From: Somniosus microcephalus
Lineage: Eukaryota
NCBI GenBank assembly: GCA_052327205.1
Contig: CM126215.1
Location: 97,526,001-97,590,000 of the forward strand
Length of the DNA stretch: 64,000 nt
Reading direction: 5' to 3'
How positions within the stretch are numbered: the first letter of the stretch is position 1; each line of letters starts with the position of its first letter. Below are positions 50,816-63,344 of the stretch, piece by piece. A program made the position numbers and the translations under genes. The notes under the pieces are model-generated. The model ran no database searches and was not told the origin of the DNA. It saw only the letters and a list, made by a program, of their open reading frames with translations.

Positions 50816-50999
50816 ACATAAGGAGATGTTAGGACAGACGGCCAAAAGCTTGGTTAAAGAGTCACGGCTGACAGGAGGCATGCAAAGAGTTAAAATGATG
50901 TATCGGTGAGTATTTGTTTTTGCAGAATAATCAAGGTGAAGCGTTGCTGACTCTGTTGGGAGAGATTGCATTGAATTGGAGTGCCTGGTGCCAATGTGA

Positions 51000-51430
51000 G
51001 AGAGCGAGTCTGCTTCTACTACTCGTCCTCCCCGCCGCCGGGGGGCGCGGTAACGCGGCTCCCAAACTGTGAACAAACCGGTTGGGGGACTGCGAGTTGA
51101 GAAAGGGAAAACAAATTAGAGGAGCGGAAACAGGAAGATATATATATATATATGTAAAATAAATAAACGCACACACCTTCCTCATACTTCTAAGCCCCTG
51201 ATGCTCACACTGCAGCAGCGTGACTGAGTGGTACTGGGCACCGTCGTTTCCAAGGTGACGGGGCAGAAAATGTCGCTGTTCGGGAAGAAGAAGACGGCGG
51301 AAGGTAAGAGGCCTCCCTTTAAAACAAGTCTCTGGCACACTGGTGCCTTGGTGTGGCCGGCTCCGGAGCCCCAAACAGGGCTGCTTGAGGGGACCGGACT
51401 GTGGCAGCTGATGCTAGGCCCGGCTCGGGA
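51000..51430 (+). promoter_or_regulatory. CpG-rich promoter/first-exon region of CHMP2B
   Basis: Local CpG enrichment (e.g. CCCCGCCGCCGGGGGCGCGG) and ETS-like CGGAAA/CAGGAAG at 51125-51137, directly upstream of the ATG. The transcription start is not determinable from sequence. Confidence 0.6.
51270..51303 (+). CDS. CHMP2B: CHMP2B coding exon 1 (MSLFGKKKTAE-)
   Basis: ATG at 51270, 34 nt, GTAAGA donor. Phase is compatible with exon 2. Confidence 0.88.
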
Positions 51431-51769
51431 GTCACACAGCCATTGCTCAGAAGTAGCTTTTATTAAAAAAAATTCAACATGTAATTGTAATAACTTTTTT
51501 TTTAAAGTGTGGATAAATTCCTTAGTAGTATTGCTAGCAGTGTGGTAACGGATCTCCTGAATATGTTTATGTTGTCCTGTTCATATTTATTGGAAACATA
51601 TTAAACAACTAACATAAATGGTGTGAAACTTTATCAACATTTCTAGCCTGTTATTGCTGGTAGCAATGATCATTTTCCCAACTTGGAGCACTTAAGGTGC
51701 AAGTATGTATAGATGGTTTTTTGCATACATGCAGAAGAATCGGTCTGTTTTAAAAGTTTCTTTGTCATC

Positions 51770-52250
51770 ATCCCTCCTTTCCCACAACCACCTCAACCTT
51801 TCTGCTGCTACAATCCTTGTGTTTGTCACCTCTAGACTTGTTTTTACTCCAGTGCCCACCTTTCTGGCCTTCCAACTAATCCAAAACGCAACCACTTAGT
51901 TGTATCCTGACCTGCACTAAGTTCGACTCACCTGTCCCCCTGACCTCACTGATCTACATTGGCTCCCTGTCCCCTGGTATATTAAATTCAAAATTCTTAT
52001 CTTTAAATGTTGCCATGGCCTTGCCCAACCCTATCTCTGAAACCTCTTCCAGCCTTATACATCATCCTGCTTGGTTGCTCCAACTTTGACCTTTTTGCGT
52101 GTGTAACCACCCTTCACTCCACCGTTTGTGGCAGAGCTCTTCACTGCCTTAGCCTCACTCCCTAGAACTCACTCCCTAAGCCCCTCCACATTTCTCTTTT
52201 AAAAGCCTTCTCAAAGCCCATCTTTTTTGATCAAGCTTTCACTTGCGCCT
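51770..52250 (+). mobile_element. Old L2-type 3' fragment (intron 1)
   Basis: FVTSRL.. and QLIQNA remnants; similar to 29890-30280. Confidence 0.65.
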
Positions 52251-52556
52251 CCAGATCTTTCCTTGTCTATTTTTCTTTCAACTTGTGATTTTTATTGTAA
52301 CTCTTTCAGTTGCAGGAGCCAGGAACAACAGGATCGTTCTTTTAGATTGATGTTAATGGCACCAGCAGTAGATCCCATTAATAAAGAGAATCACCAGAAC
52401 ATTATTTGTAAATGTTTCCATTCTGTACGGTTTAATTTAGAATTCTATGGGGAAAAAGTTTTGGTTATGGAGTAACACAGGTTTTAAATACCGTCCTGTA
52501 GAAGTCATAGTTTTCTCTGAAACAATAGATTTTGATGTTGATTCCAAAGGATAACT

Positions 52557-52761
52557 TCACAGAAATCACAGAAACCCCACAGTGCAGATAGAGGCCATTT
52601 CGGCCCATCGAGCCTGCACCGACACATATCCCACCCGATCCCCGTAACCCCTACACCAACACATATCCCACCCTATCCCCGTAACCCCACGTATTTAATC
52701 CCCCTAACACTAAGGGTCAATTTATCATAGCCAATCAACCTAACCCGCACATCATTGGACT
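52557..52761 (-). mobile_element. V-SINE/HE1-like SINE 3' part
   Basis: Minus strand AGTCCAATGATGTGCGGGTTAGGTTGATTGGCTATGATAAATTGACCCTTAGTG resembles the V domain, followed by a CR1-like tail. Confidence 0.7.
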
Positions 52762-54358
52762 TCGTGGAGTTTTCACTGTGTGGAACAGTATTATATAGGT
52801 TTGACAAGAGTTGACTCATGTAGGGTTAGTCATTGGCTCACTGATACACCCAGTCATATGATGTGATTGAGACTCTTGTAATTGGTCATTGATCACAGAT
52901 TTCAACATTCAGATCTGAAGCTGAAAGTATCAGTTATTGTGGTGATTATTTTAAATCACATCACAGGACTTTTCCTAGAAAGACATGTAAAAATCTTACC
53001 ATTATTGGGTGATATAGAAGCAGTTTTGAATTTTACTTATGAGTGAACAGAATAAAAGTAAAACCAATCTGAAGGCAGATTCAGTTGCACTGTGTCGTGA
53101 TGCCGTGGAAGATGCCAGAGAATGAATTGGTTATGGTTCTGACTGGGGTGGGGGCGTGATCTATTAGTTAGCTCGAGTCTCCTGTCTATAACATGCTCAC
53201 TGGTTGTTGAGATGTTTATTTGGGTTTCTTCACTGGTTGAAAGAGGAAAACAACTTTCAGGTAAAAAAGAAAATCACACGTTTTGGGATTCCCATCATGA
53301 ATAGAAGATTCTGAATGACACTCGGTTATTAAATGTTATAAATTATGTAAAATGTCTACAATTCTTTATGCTGGTGGCTTGTGATAAATTATTACAGTAG
53401 ATTATGATGTTGGTCATAATCAAGAAGAAATATCGGGCTAGATTTTCCACCCATTAAATATGAATGGTGGAGTGTGAGTGTGTGAACCAAGTTTACAAAT
53501 CAAAGTCTTATTTCCATTTTTTAAAAGGCAAAAATAAGTTTTTACCATGGTTAAGAGTCTCCAAACCAAGCTACTGAAAAATACAGCAGTTTATGATTGC
53601 CTGTTATCGAGCACATACACTCTCCACATAGGGGATGCATCCTACTTAACTTAGGTTTACAAAGATTAGGTGCAATTTGGCATCTGTCAATGTGTAAGGA
53701 CCCCAAAGTGTATGCAGAGATACTGCTGGAGCTTAACCAGTTAGAATTGTGCAACAGCTAGCACAGAGCATTTGTAAGCTTCCCAATAATTGTATATCTA
53801 TAAACTCTCCCCATCTCTTAGGGCATTGGCTTGTAGGGTTATCTGAAGCTGAGTGGGAGGAATCTCGTCTTTTTTAATGTGTCAGACTAGATAGTTGATC
53901 TCGATAATGCTATGGAGTACTGGTCACCTGGCTTTGGTATTGTATTACTGAGTGTACCATAAGAGACTCAGTTCTAACTTCCATCACCAGATGTATCTTC
54001 ATGGAGCCAATTCTAACCTGAAGAATCGCTGGTTATCTTCTCTCCCTCCCCCTTTAAAGGAGGATGGTTATTAATTGAGAGAGAGTGAGAACCGTCCAGA
54101 TTCACAGCTAAGGATGACTTGTCTGGTTTTGTAATATTTTAGAAAAATGCATTTTTGGAAATCGGATTGTTATGTTTGTGTGTATTTCAACTTTTTTTTT
54201 CCCCAATCTTTTTAAATTGTGTACTATAGCTTGCAAGATCACGAGCAGCGATATCTAGTTATGACAGGAAATGACTTGATACAAGCTGATTGTTTTTCAT
54301 ACAGTACAACATTGATGGTTCTAATATTTTATTTCAACTATTCTTAATTTCTCTCCAG

Positions 54359-54450
54359 ATATAATAAAGGAACAGAATCGAGAGTTGAGGGGAACTCAAC
54401 GATCTATAGCCAGAGATAGAGCGGGCTTAGAGAAACAAGAAAAACAGCTG
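54359..54450 (+). CDS. CHMP2B: CHMP2B coding exon 2 (-D IIKEQNRELRGTQRSIARDRAGLEKQEKQL)
   Basis: TTTCTCTCCAG acceptor, 92 nt, GTGAGT donor. The peptide matches vertebrate CHMP2B. Confidence 0.96.
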
Positions 54451-54564
54451 GTGAGTAGGTCAGAAATCACCTTGATGGCAATTCCAGGCTGAATATAGAG
54501 CCTTGGCTGCTTAATATCATCTGGCACTGTGTGAATAGTACTTCAGGTTAGCACAAACCCAGTA

Positions 54565-54720
54565 ATGTGAAATACTGCAGATTCTGGAAATCTGAAACAA
54601 ACAAAAACATAAAATGCTGGAAACACTCAGCAAGTCAAGTCAGGCAGCATCTGTGGAGATAACAGACAAGGTAATGTTTCAGGTAAGGACCCTTTATCAG
54701 AATTGAAAGATAATACAGAT
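54565..54720 (-). mobile_element. Degraded Penelope-like terminal fragment
   Basis: AATACTGCAGATTCTGGAAATCTG..ATGCTGGAAACACTCAGC..GGCAGCATCTGTGGAG family motif. Confidence 0.7.
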
Positions 54721-54758
54721 TAATAGTATTTAAAATGAATGGACCAAGAGGAGAGGGA

Positions 54759-54760
<2 letters not shown>

Positions 54761-54806
<46 letters not shown>
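54761..54806. repeat. (CA)n microsatellite
   Basis: About 23 CA units. Confidence 0.98.
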
Positions 54807-54807
<1 letters not shown>

Positions 54808-55134
54808 CAAAATAAATAACATTACCTATAAAATGCTTAGGTGGAAAATGGGAGATGATTAAATGGCATAAGTGATATAAGCAAGAGGCAATAGAAGGTA
54901 TGAGAGAAATCAAAAAAGTAAAAGCCATATAGGAGACAAAGAGAATGTGTGAATAGCTAAATGGGTGAGGGATAGGCAAGTGGAAAAGGAAGCATGAAAA
55001 ACTGGCAAAGCGGAGCAAGCACCAGTGGCCCAGGAGCTTGGCAGAAGAGTGAAGCAGGTTGACACAAAGGGGTGCAGGCCACCTCGCCAGCACGGTGTTC
55101 TGACTGGGGCTCCCCGCATCAAGCACTAACCTGT

Positions 55135-55505
55135 TCCACTCCAAGATGCGAGTACATTATTCAATGCAGTTCCATTGTTACATCTGCCATCCTTTGAATG
55201 AGACATTAAATCGAGGTCTCATTGGCTGTTCTGATGGTACAGAACATATATGACACTATTTGAAGAAAAGTAGGGAGTTCTCCCAGCATCCTGGGCAATC
55301 TTCCTCTTTCAATGAATACCACTCAAAAAACATCATTCATTCATTCATTCATATTGTTGCTGTTTGTGGGATCTTGCTGTGTGCAAAATGGCTGCCCTAT
55401 TTGCCTACAAAACAACAGTGCCTGTACTACTTAAATTAATTATATGGGAAGCATTTTGAGGTGTTTCTGAGATGTGATGAGGTGTTCTATAAATGCAAGT
55501 CTTTT
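55135..55505 (+). mobile_element. Diverged DeuSINE-like SINE
   Basis: GAGACATTAAATCGAGG..TTGCTGTTTGTGGGATCTTGCTGTGTGCAAAATGGCTGCC..TATAAATGCAAG; reverse complement of the copy at 63345-63740. Confidence 0.65.
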
Positions 55506-55914
55506 TGTTAGTGTTGCCACATTCACTTCTGTGCATCCAAAATCACTTTTCATCAACACACAAATAGCAATATAGCTATGTTTGGTACTGAAATTTTATT
55601 GCTTATATTATATCTCTGATTTTACATCGTTTTTAGTTGTCATTTTATGGATGTTGAATGCATTACCAAAATTCCAGTTCACTTTATTGCCGCAGGCAAA
55701 GTTGTATTCAGAAACCATACTAAATGTATGTTGAGAAACTGTTCAATCCAGTTCCTTCCCTGTATTCTATTATTACAACTTTAAAAATGGTAGCATTGTT
55801 TGAAACTAGTTCTAGAAACACTTCCTGTTACTGAAAGATCTTAGGCACTTCTTTTTTAAATGTTAGTCTGCACAACCTCTCCTTAGTATTTATCATTAAA
55901 GAAAGACTTTGGTG

Positions 55915-56652
55915 GGGGGAGAAATTGGCCTGGTTTGCGCCTTCCGTTGGCGCCTCTGGGGGGTGGTAACAGGGCGCTAAGGGCTTACCGACCGGGCGTG
56001 GTGAAATCACCGATGCCCGTGAACTTCCCTGGCGGGTTTGCACTTCCGCTGAAACTTACCGCCTTGATCTCTTGTGCCCCGGAGATTGTGATGTCATCCG
56101 GTGCGCAGCGGCCTGTTATCGCCCCGGATGCAATATTCGCTTCCGCCCCCTGCAACACCGCAGGGCGTCAACAACGTCACCTCGGCTGGCCACTTGGGGA
56201 GCGCTAATTAAAGGCAGCTGTGGTCAGGTAGGCCAAAATTTATTTATGTTCCCATTCTGGTGTTTTTTGATTTTTTTTTGTACATCGCGATTGCTTAGCC
56301 CTGCACACTTGGTGTTTAGGGCTGCAATGCGTGTATCGCAGGTATTGTCGCCCAACAGACACAGCCTAAGGATTCCTTCAATGCAGCATTGGCCCTTCCC
56401 TTTAAGGGAGGGAAGGAGCCTGTAAAACTGGCGGCGTTGCTCCGAACGTTGCTCAGTGCTCTGCTGATACCGCCCCTCTCACTCCCTTTAGCCCTCTAAG
56501 GGAAGTGGTAGCGCTTGATTTACCGCTCCACTTCCCTCTTGGAGCGCTAAAGCGGAAGTTCCCGGCAGCAACAAATCTTTTTCGCCTGGCGATACTTTCG
56601 CGCTCCCGCAAAAGTTATTGCCCCAAACGGGGCGCTATGCAATTTCTAGCCC
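55915..56652. mobile_element. Harbinger-like MITE
   Basis: Terminal inverted repeats GGGGGAGAAATTG / CAATTTCTAGCCC, 3-bp flanks GTG/ATG, CpG-rich interior. Confidence 0.65.
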
Positions 56653-56659
56653 ATGGAGT

Positions 56660-57016
56660 TATACAGTGCCTTCCACGACCTCAGGATGTCCCAAAGCGCT
56701 TTGGAGCCAATGAAATATTTTTGAAGTGTAGTCACTGTTGTAATGCAGGCAACGCAGTAGCCTATTTGTGTACAGCAAGGTCCCACAAACAGCAGTGAGA
56801 TAATGTTCAGATAAGAGTGAAGTGGCGCCATGGGATCTTTTACGTCCACCTGAGAGGGCAGACTGAGCCTCGGTTTAACGTCTCTTCCGAAAGACGGCAT
56901 CTCCGACTGAGGGAGTGCTGCACTGGACGATCAGCCTAGATCTTGTGCTCCAGTCTCTGGGGCTTGAACCCACAACCTTCTGATTCAGAGGCAAGTGTGC
57001 TACCACTGAGCCACGC
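56660..57016 (-). mobile_element. DeuSINE-like tRNA-derived SINE
   Basis: Minus strand has A box TGGCTCAGTGG and B box GGTTCAAGCC, then a Deu-like core and an L2-like tail. Confidence 0.75.
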
Positions 57017-57072
57017 TTGTCACCTTCCAACAAGTGATTGTAATGCCTTTTGCATCATTTACTTTTAACCCT

Positions 57073-58520
57073 ACAACAACAACTTGCATTTATATAGCAC
57101 CTTTAACATCGTAAAACGTTCCAAGATGCTTCATAGTGATTATCAAACAACCTTTGACACCGAGCTAGTAAAAGAGATGTTAGGACATGCTTGGTCTAAG
57201 AGGTAGGTTTTAAGGAGCGTCTTAAAGGAGGAGGAAGAGGTAGAGAGGTTTAGGTAGGGAATTAGAGCTTGGGGCCTAGGCAACGGCCATCAGTGGTGGA
57301 GCGAAGAAAATCGGAGATGCACAAGAGGACAGAATTGGAGGAGCGCAGAAATAGGATTGTAGGGCTGGAGGAGGTTACAGAGATAGGGAGGGGCGAGGCC
57401 ATCTAAGGATTTGAAAACAAGGATGAGAATTTTAAAATTGAGGTGTTGCCAGACCAGGGAATGTAGGTCAGCGAGCACAGGGTTGATGGATGAACAGGAC
57501 TTGGTGCGAGTTAGGAGACGGGCAGCAGAGTTTTGGATGAGCTCAAGTTTACGGAGGGTGCAAGGTTGGGAGGCTGGCCAGGAGAGCGTTGGAATAGTCG
57601 AGTCTAGAGGTAACCAAGGCATAGATGAGGGTTTCAGCAGCAGATGAGCTGAAGTAGGGGCGGGTGATGTTATGAAGGTGGAAGTAGGAGGTCTTGGTGA
57701 TGGAGAGGTTATGGGGTCGGAAGCTCAGCTCCCGATCAAATAGGATGCCACAGTTGCGAATGGTCTGGTACAGCCTCAGACAGTGGCCAGGGAGAGGGAT
57801 GGTGTCATTGGGTAGGGAATGGAGTTTATGGCAGGGACTGAAGACAATGGCTTTGGTCTTTTCAATATTTATTCAGCGGAAATCTCTGCTCATCCAATAC
57901 TGGATATCGTACAAGCAGCGTGACAAATCAGAGACAGTGGCAGAGTCGAAAGAGGTGGTGGTGAGGTAGAGCTGGGTGTCGTCAGCGTACATGTGGAACC
58001 TAATGTGTTTTCAGATAGTGTTGCCGAGGGGCAGCATATAGATTTGAAATAGGAGGGACCAAGGATAGATCCTTGGGGACTCCAGAGGTAATGGTGAGGG
58101 ACTGGGAAAAGAAGCCATTGCATGTGATTTTCTGGCTACGACTGGACAGATAGGAATGGTACTAGGTGAGGGCAGTCCCACCCAGCTGGACAATGGAGGA
58201 GAGGCGTTGGAGGAGGATGGTGTGGTCAACCGTGTTAAAGGCTGCAGACTGGTCTAGAAGGATGAGAAGGGATAGTTTACCACAGTCACATAGGATGTCA
58301 TTTATGCGTTTGATGAGCACTGCTTCAGTGCCAGGAGCGGAAACCTGATTGGAGGGGTTCAAACATGGAGTTGCGGGAAAGATAGGCACGGATTTGGGAG
58401 GCGACAACATGTTCAAGGTCTTTGGCGAGGAAAGGGAGGTTGGAGATGTGGTAGTAGTTTGCGAGGACAGTGCGGTGAAGAGAGGGGTGATGATGGCAAA
58501 TTTGAAGGGGAGGGGTCAGA
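57073..58520 (-). mobile_element. L2-type LINE fragment
   Basis: AAC tail; KLELIQNSAARLLTRT, PQGSILGP and SAAFNTVDHTILLQRL on minus. Confidence 0.88.
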
Positions 58521-58728
58521 TCCAAGTACTAGTTACAAGCCTTGTTGATATTTCTATTTTTATGAGCTGATGAAAGGTCTATACCCAAAACATTAACCAA
58601 TCTTTTCTTTTTACAGTTGTTGATGTACCTACTGTGTATTTCCAGCATTTTCTGTTTTTATTTCGGACTTCCAGCATTGGAAGTTTTTTTTCTCTTTGTA
58701 TTGATGATATTTATTTGTACTTGATCAG

Positions 58729-58923
58729 GAAATGGAAATTAAGAAAATGGCTAAGTCTGGCAACAAAGATGCCTGTAAGATTCTTGCAAAGCAACTTGTG
58801 CAGCTGCGGAAGCAGAAGACCCGTACGTATGCTGTGAGTTCGAAGGTTACTTCCATGTCCACTCAGGCTAAATTAATGAACTCTCAGATGAAGATGGCTG
58901 GTGCCATGGCTACCACAACAAAG
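58729..58923 (+). CDS. CHMP2B: CHMP2B coding exon 3 (EMEIKKMAKSGNKDACKILAKQLVQLRKQKTRTYAVSSKVTSMSTQAKLMNSQMKMAGAMATTTK)
   Basis: CAG acceptor, 195 nt, GT donor. Snf7/ESCRT-III sequence nearly identical to vertebrate CHMP2B. Confidence 0.97.
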
Positions 58924-59198
58924 GTACATTTAATGAAAAAATCCTGTTTATACATTTTGAAGCACTGATAAAAGAATGATTAATTTGCCAATAAATATCC
59001 TAGAGAAGACTTTGTTTATGATTAAAGTAAATATAACCTATTGACCCTGTGTTTAAAAAGTTGGATTTTATTGAGTGGGATTAACTGGCAGTTTGTTGAT
59101 TGAAGGCTGCCCTTCATTACAATTGAGTTATGCACCCTTGTCCTGTTAGTGTTGATATTTATGTTAGCCTACTTGTTTTTTTTCTTGCTTTACAATTA

Positions 59199-59532
59199 CA
59201 GGAAACTTTCTGGTATCTGGCACTGACGGGACCGAGCTGGTGCCGGTCGATCAACATTGCCGGAAAAATGAGCGCTAATGTTAAAACATACGGAGCTTCT
59301 GAGCTCCGTCTGAAGCAACAAACCCTGTTGCTTAGCAACAGCTTCAAAACAGTCGGCGCAGCTTGCAAGCGTCTCTGTAGCTAAGCAACAGCTTCAGCTA
59401 GACGCTTGCAGAGCCAGGACTGGAGAAAAAAAGCAACGAAAAGTAAAAAAACCTATCTGAACCGACTCCTGAATTTTGCCGGTGGATAGAGCATTCCGGA
59501 TATTTAACCTCCGGTTAAATGAAAGTTTCCTG
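59199..59532. mobile_element. Tc1/mariner (Tigger/pogo-like) MITE
   Basis: Perfect terminal inverted repeats CAGGAAACTTTC / GAAAGTTTCCTG flanked by TA on both sides. Confidence 0.75.
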
Positions 59533-60000
59533 TAGTGGGATATTAGCCATGGGTTTTTGAGGCTAAGGATACTCTTTTGGTCTCCCAGAATAGATGGATG
59601 GGAGGGCATGAATAGAATTTTTGCAATATTGTATCTTGCTGGCCACAACTCCTACAGTAAGTGGGGATTGGTGAAGAATCACATTTTAAAGCAAATTTCA
59701 TAAAGTCACACAAAGATGCTGCACTGTATAGTAGTATTTAAAATGTATGCTTTGACTAGAATTTCTATCAACAGGTACAAAATATATGGAGTCAAAATTA
59801 AAACAAAATTATTCTCCGCCCCTTCAGCTCAAAATTAATAGCTCCCCAAACTGCCTTTTGGACAGAGAAAGCTAAAATTTAGCGCCTGTTGAAATCTTGT
59901 TCAAAGCTTGCAGATGTAAGCAGCCCTGTATTGCAGAGTATTTATCAGGCAACATAGCAATAGATTCAATCACAAAACCTTTTTAAAAAAATTGGTTAAT

Positions 60001-60516
60001 ACATAAGAACATAAGACGTAAGAGCAGGAGTAGGTCATTTGGCCCTTCGAACCTGCTCCGCCATTCAATAAGATCATGGCTGATCTGATCTTGGCCTCAA
60101 CTCCACTTCCCTGCCCCGCTCCCCATAACCCTTGACTCCCTTACCTTTCAAAAATCTGTCTATCTCCACCTTAAATATATTCAATGACCCAGCCTCCACA
60201 GCTCTCTGGGGAAGAGAATTCCAAAGATTCACGACCCTCCAAGAGAAGAAATTCATCCTCATTTCCGACTTAAATGGGTGTCCCCTTATTCTGAAATTAT
60301 GCCCCCTAGTTCTAGATTCCCCCATGAGGGGAAACATCCTCTCTGCATCTACCCTGTCAAGCCCCTTCAGAATCTTATGTTTCAATAAGATCCCCTCTCA
60401 TTCTTCTAAACTCCAATGAGTATAGGCCCAACCTGCTCAGCCTTTCTTCATAAGACAACCCCTTCATCTCCGGAATCAACCTCATGAACCTTCTCTGAAC
60501 TGCCTCCAATGCAAGT
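60001..60516 (-). mobile_element. CR1 3' fragment (intron 3)
   Basis: ORF 60074-60385 is the CR1 C-terminus; (ACATAAGA)n tail. Confidence 0.92.
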
Positions 60517-62258
60517 TAAGAATTGTGATTAACAACAGTTAGCAGTCAGGATTTAATATCTCTTTATATTTTTATTTGTAGTGTCAGTGACTTACAGAAT
60601 TAAATTGAAACTGGCTCTGTGATATTAAAATAAAATGTTAATTTAGAGCTTTTACAAATGACTTCAGGGCATATAAGAATCTAATTCCAGTCCCTCTAGT
60701 TGAATAAAGATGCAAATTTTAAAGAAATTAGGGAAGAAGCACAAAATCATCAACATTTTTCCCTAGATTTTAAACTTAACACGAGAGCAATACCCTTTTA
60801 AAGGGAAGAAATTAAAAATTAGGTGAGAATGTCTGTGTTTTTATCCTCATTATAAATTCACAAAAAGCTTGGCTCACGTGGACTGTTACAATGAGCTCCG
60901 TTATTATTACCTCATCCCAAATTCTTGTGGAAATAAAATTTGCTCCACAGTAGCGATTAGAATTGTTTCAAGTCAGCAGTTGAACTTTCTGCTTCTGGAA
61001 ATTCTTTCTTGCATGCATCAAACCGATAAATTCCCTTAAATTTCTATTGCCTCAAGGAAATTACTCAATTTTAGCAATGTCTCCTCAATGTGTTCAATAT
61101 GTTACCAGATGTTAGGAGACCCTCAGGAAAAGTACAGTGTGTCTGTGTGTGAAAATTATTAAATGAAGTGGATAGTGCAGAAAATTAGGTCAGACAGAAT
61201 AAAAGCACGATACATGACCCCCATTTAGCCCCTCGTATAATTTTTGTATGAGTTCAAATAATTTATATGAATTAAACTGTGAATCAAATTTAGGGAATGT
61301 CTATGGAATAACATTTCTGTAGCAACTAGTGATTGGAATGTTTACAGTCAAATTACAAAGCAGATGCAATACCCATTGACTTAATGTAATCTGTCTTCTG
61401 GAGGCTAGGACTATTGCTCTAAGTCTAGCATTCTGCAGAACTGAGGCTACCCTTAGGAAATCGCAACAGATTATTGATTGCCTTATTAACTAAGAGTACA
61501 GATATCCTAGTATTTTTATTTCTGGGATTTCCCTGCAGCGTTTCATCAAGCAAGGGCAATATCATTGCACATCTGCCTTGATGATTTCTTTTTATCATAA
61601 AATGGTAATGATTTCAGTCCCAATAGGCAAATGTTACTATGCTTCATATTAATCTTTTTGGCTCCCTTTTGCTACGTAATATTGAAAATTTAGTTGGCTA
61701 GCACAAAAGAACGTTCTGAGTGAGCCTCTACTGCATAGAGGAAAAAGGGACATAAACCACGGTGTCAGGTTTATGCAGTCTTTGTACTGTCCTAGGATTT
61801 GCGGGTTTCCCGAGGCGAGGCGGTGTACCTCAAACAAATGCAAGCATTCAAATCACATTTAAATGAGGCAGGACTGACATAAGGGCACCTCCCACCTTAT
61901 TTTCCTCTCTGTACACCAGGTAGGTTCCCGTGCTCAAAATCTGTTTTCCTATTAAGTGTAGGAATTGCAACATACGTGAGTGATATGCTAGTGCATCAAA
62001 TTGTATAAATGACATTTTGGATGCCTGTACAATATGTTCGAAAATAGAGATTAACCTTTAGGTTTGTAATGTGAATTTTGGTCAGCTAGGGCCCAATAAT
62101 AAATAGTCTCCAATCAAAGATTACAGATGATGCAAAAGGATTGAATTGCTATTTAAAATTGCCTACCCTCCACCCACAGTTTTTATTATATGATGACATA
62201 CTACTGAAATAAAAGCTTATGTTCGAGATAGGGAAAAAAAACATGCTTTATATTTCAG

Positions 62259-62361
62259 ACGATGCAAACTATGAACAAGAAAATGGACCCACAGAAGACC
62301 TTACAAACGATGCAGAATTTCCAGAAAGAAAACGTGAAAATGGAAATGACCGAAGAAATGA
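62259..62361 (+). CDS. CHMP2B: CHMP2B coding exon 4 (TMQTMNKKMDPQKTLQTMQNFQKENVKMEMTEEM-)
   Basis: TTTCAG acceptor, 103 nt, GTAAGT donor. In frame with exon 3. The remaining exons lie beyond the window. Confidence 0.97.
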
Positions 62362-63344
62362 GTAAGTATGTCATTACAGGGGATAAGTTCTGCTTAAAAT
62401 TGCTTACTTTTTAAGCGCTTTGCTAAACCATTTATGCAAAAGGTGTTCAAAAAAGAATAGCTTGATGAGAATTGCACATTAATTTAAAAGAAATTTGGGC
62501 TTCAAGATTTTCTATACCGTACAAAGAAGTAGCTTGGTGAGCGTGAAGAATTTTACACTGAAGGGAAACATTGTAAATCAGTTGGGACCTGAGAACTTCC
62601 TGATATCTCCCCTTCCCAAAAAAATACTTACTCCAGATAGACGAGTTACTGTAAAACTAACTTTCTGTATAAGCTCCGTCATTGTACATTTTTTATGTTC
62701 CCGAAATACAGTGGAGGCACAATTTATACACTGGATTTCCTGATGAGCAATTTCTTTAGACCTGGTTGGTGAATTCTTTATTGCCTCCCTCCTCCATTGT
62801 AGTTCTATCCTTGCTACCACTTCAAGCTTGAAATAAATGTTGCATTTTCATATTTAGTCTGATCTGTAATCCTGGTGATGCATTAGTTCAACAAGTAGAC
62901 AGGATATAGTCTCAGACAAACCTGTGAATTTTAAAAGTTGGAAAAGGCATGGCTTTCAGCAGATTTTGTAGTGATGCTGAGCTTTCATGTTGAGTAATGT
63001 TCGATGATCTCCTGTAGCATTGCTTACTGGCCAAAAAGGTCTTTTTTTCGAGTAACTCTGCTTGTCCCCCCACTTGCCCATCTACAAAGCAAAGTTGAAG
63101 ATCTAAATCTCCGATATTTTCAGAAATGATCAAGTCTCTCTCTGGGAATAGGGAGCTGATGTGCACACCACCTTTTTGCCTTCATGCAAGGAAGTGGAAG
63201 TGGGCACAGGAATGGGTGGGGAGGAAAGGGGAGAGGGTCAGGCAGTCAGGGTTTGAAAATTGGGAGAATTAGAGTTTGGTGGCTAGGTTTGTAACTGGGT
63301 GGTTAGCCCCTGGGACTCTGGCTTGGTAGGAGCAGGAAAAAGAA

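Noticed and set aside
50931-51548. ORFs overlapping the CHMP2B promoter and exon 1 (147 aa minus, 106 aa plus)
   Set aside because: These are GC-rich chance ORFs; the plus ORF is exon 1 read through into intron 1.
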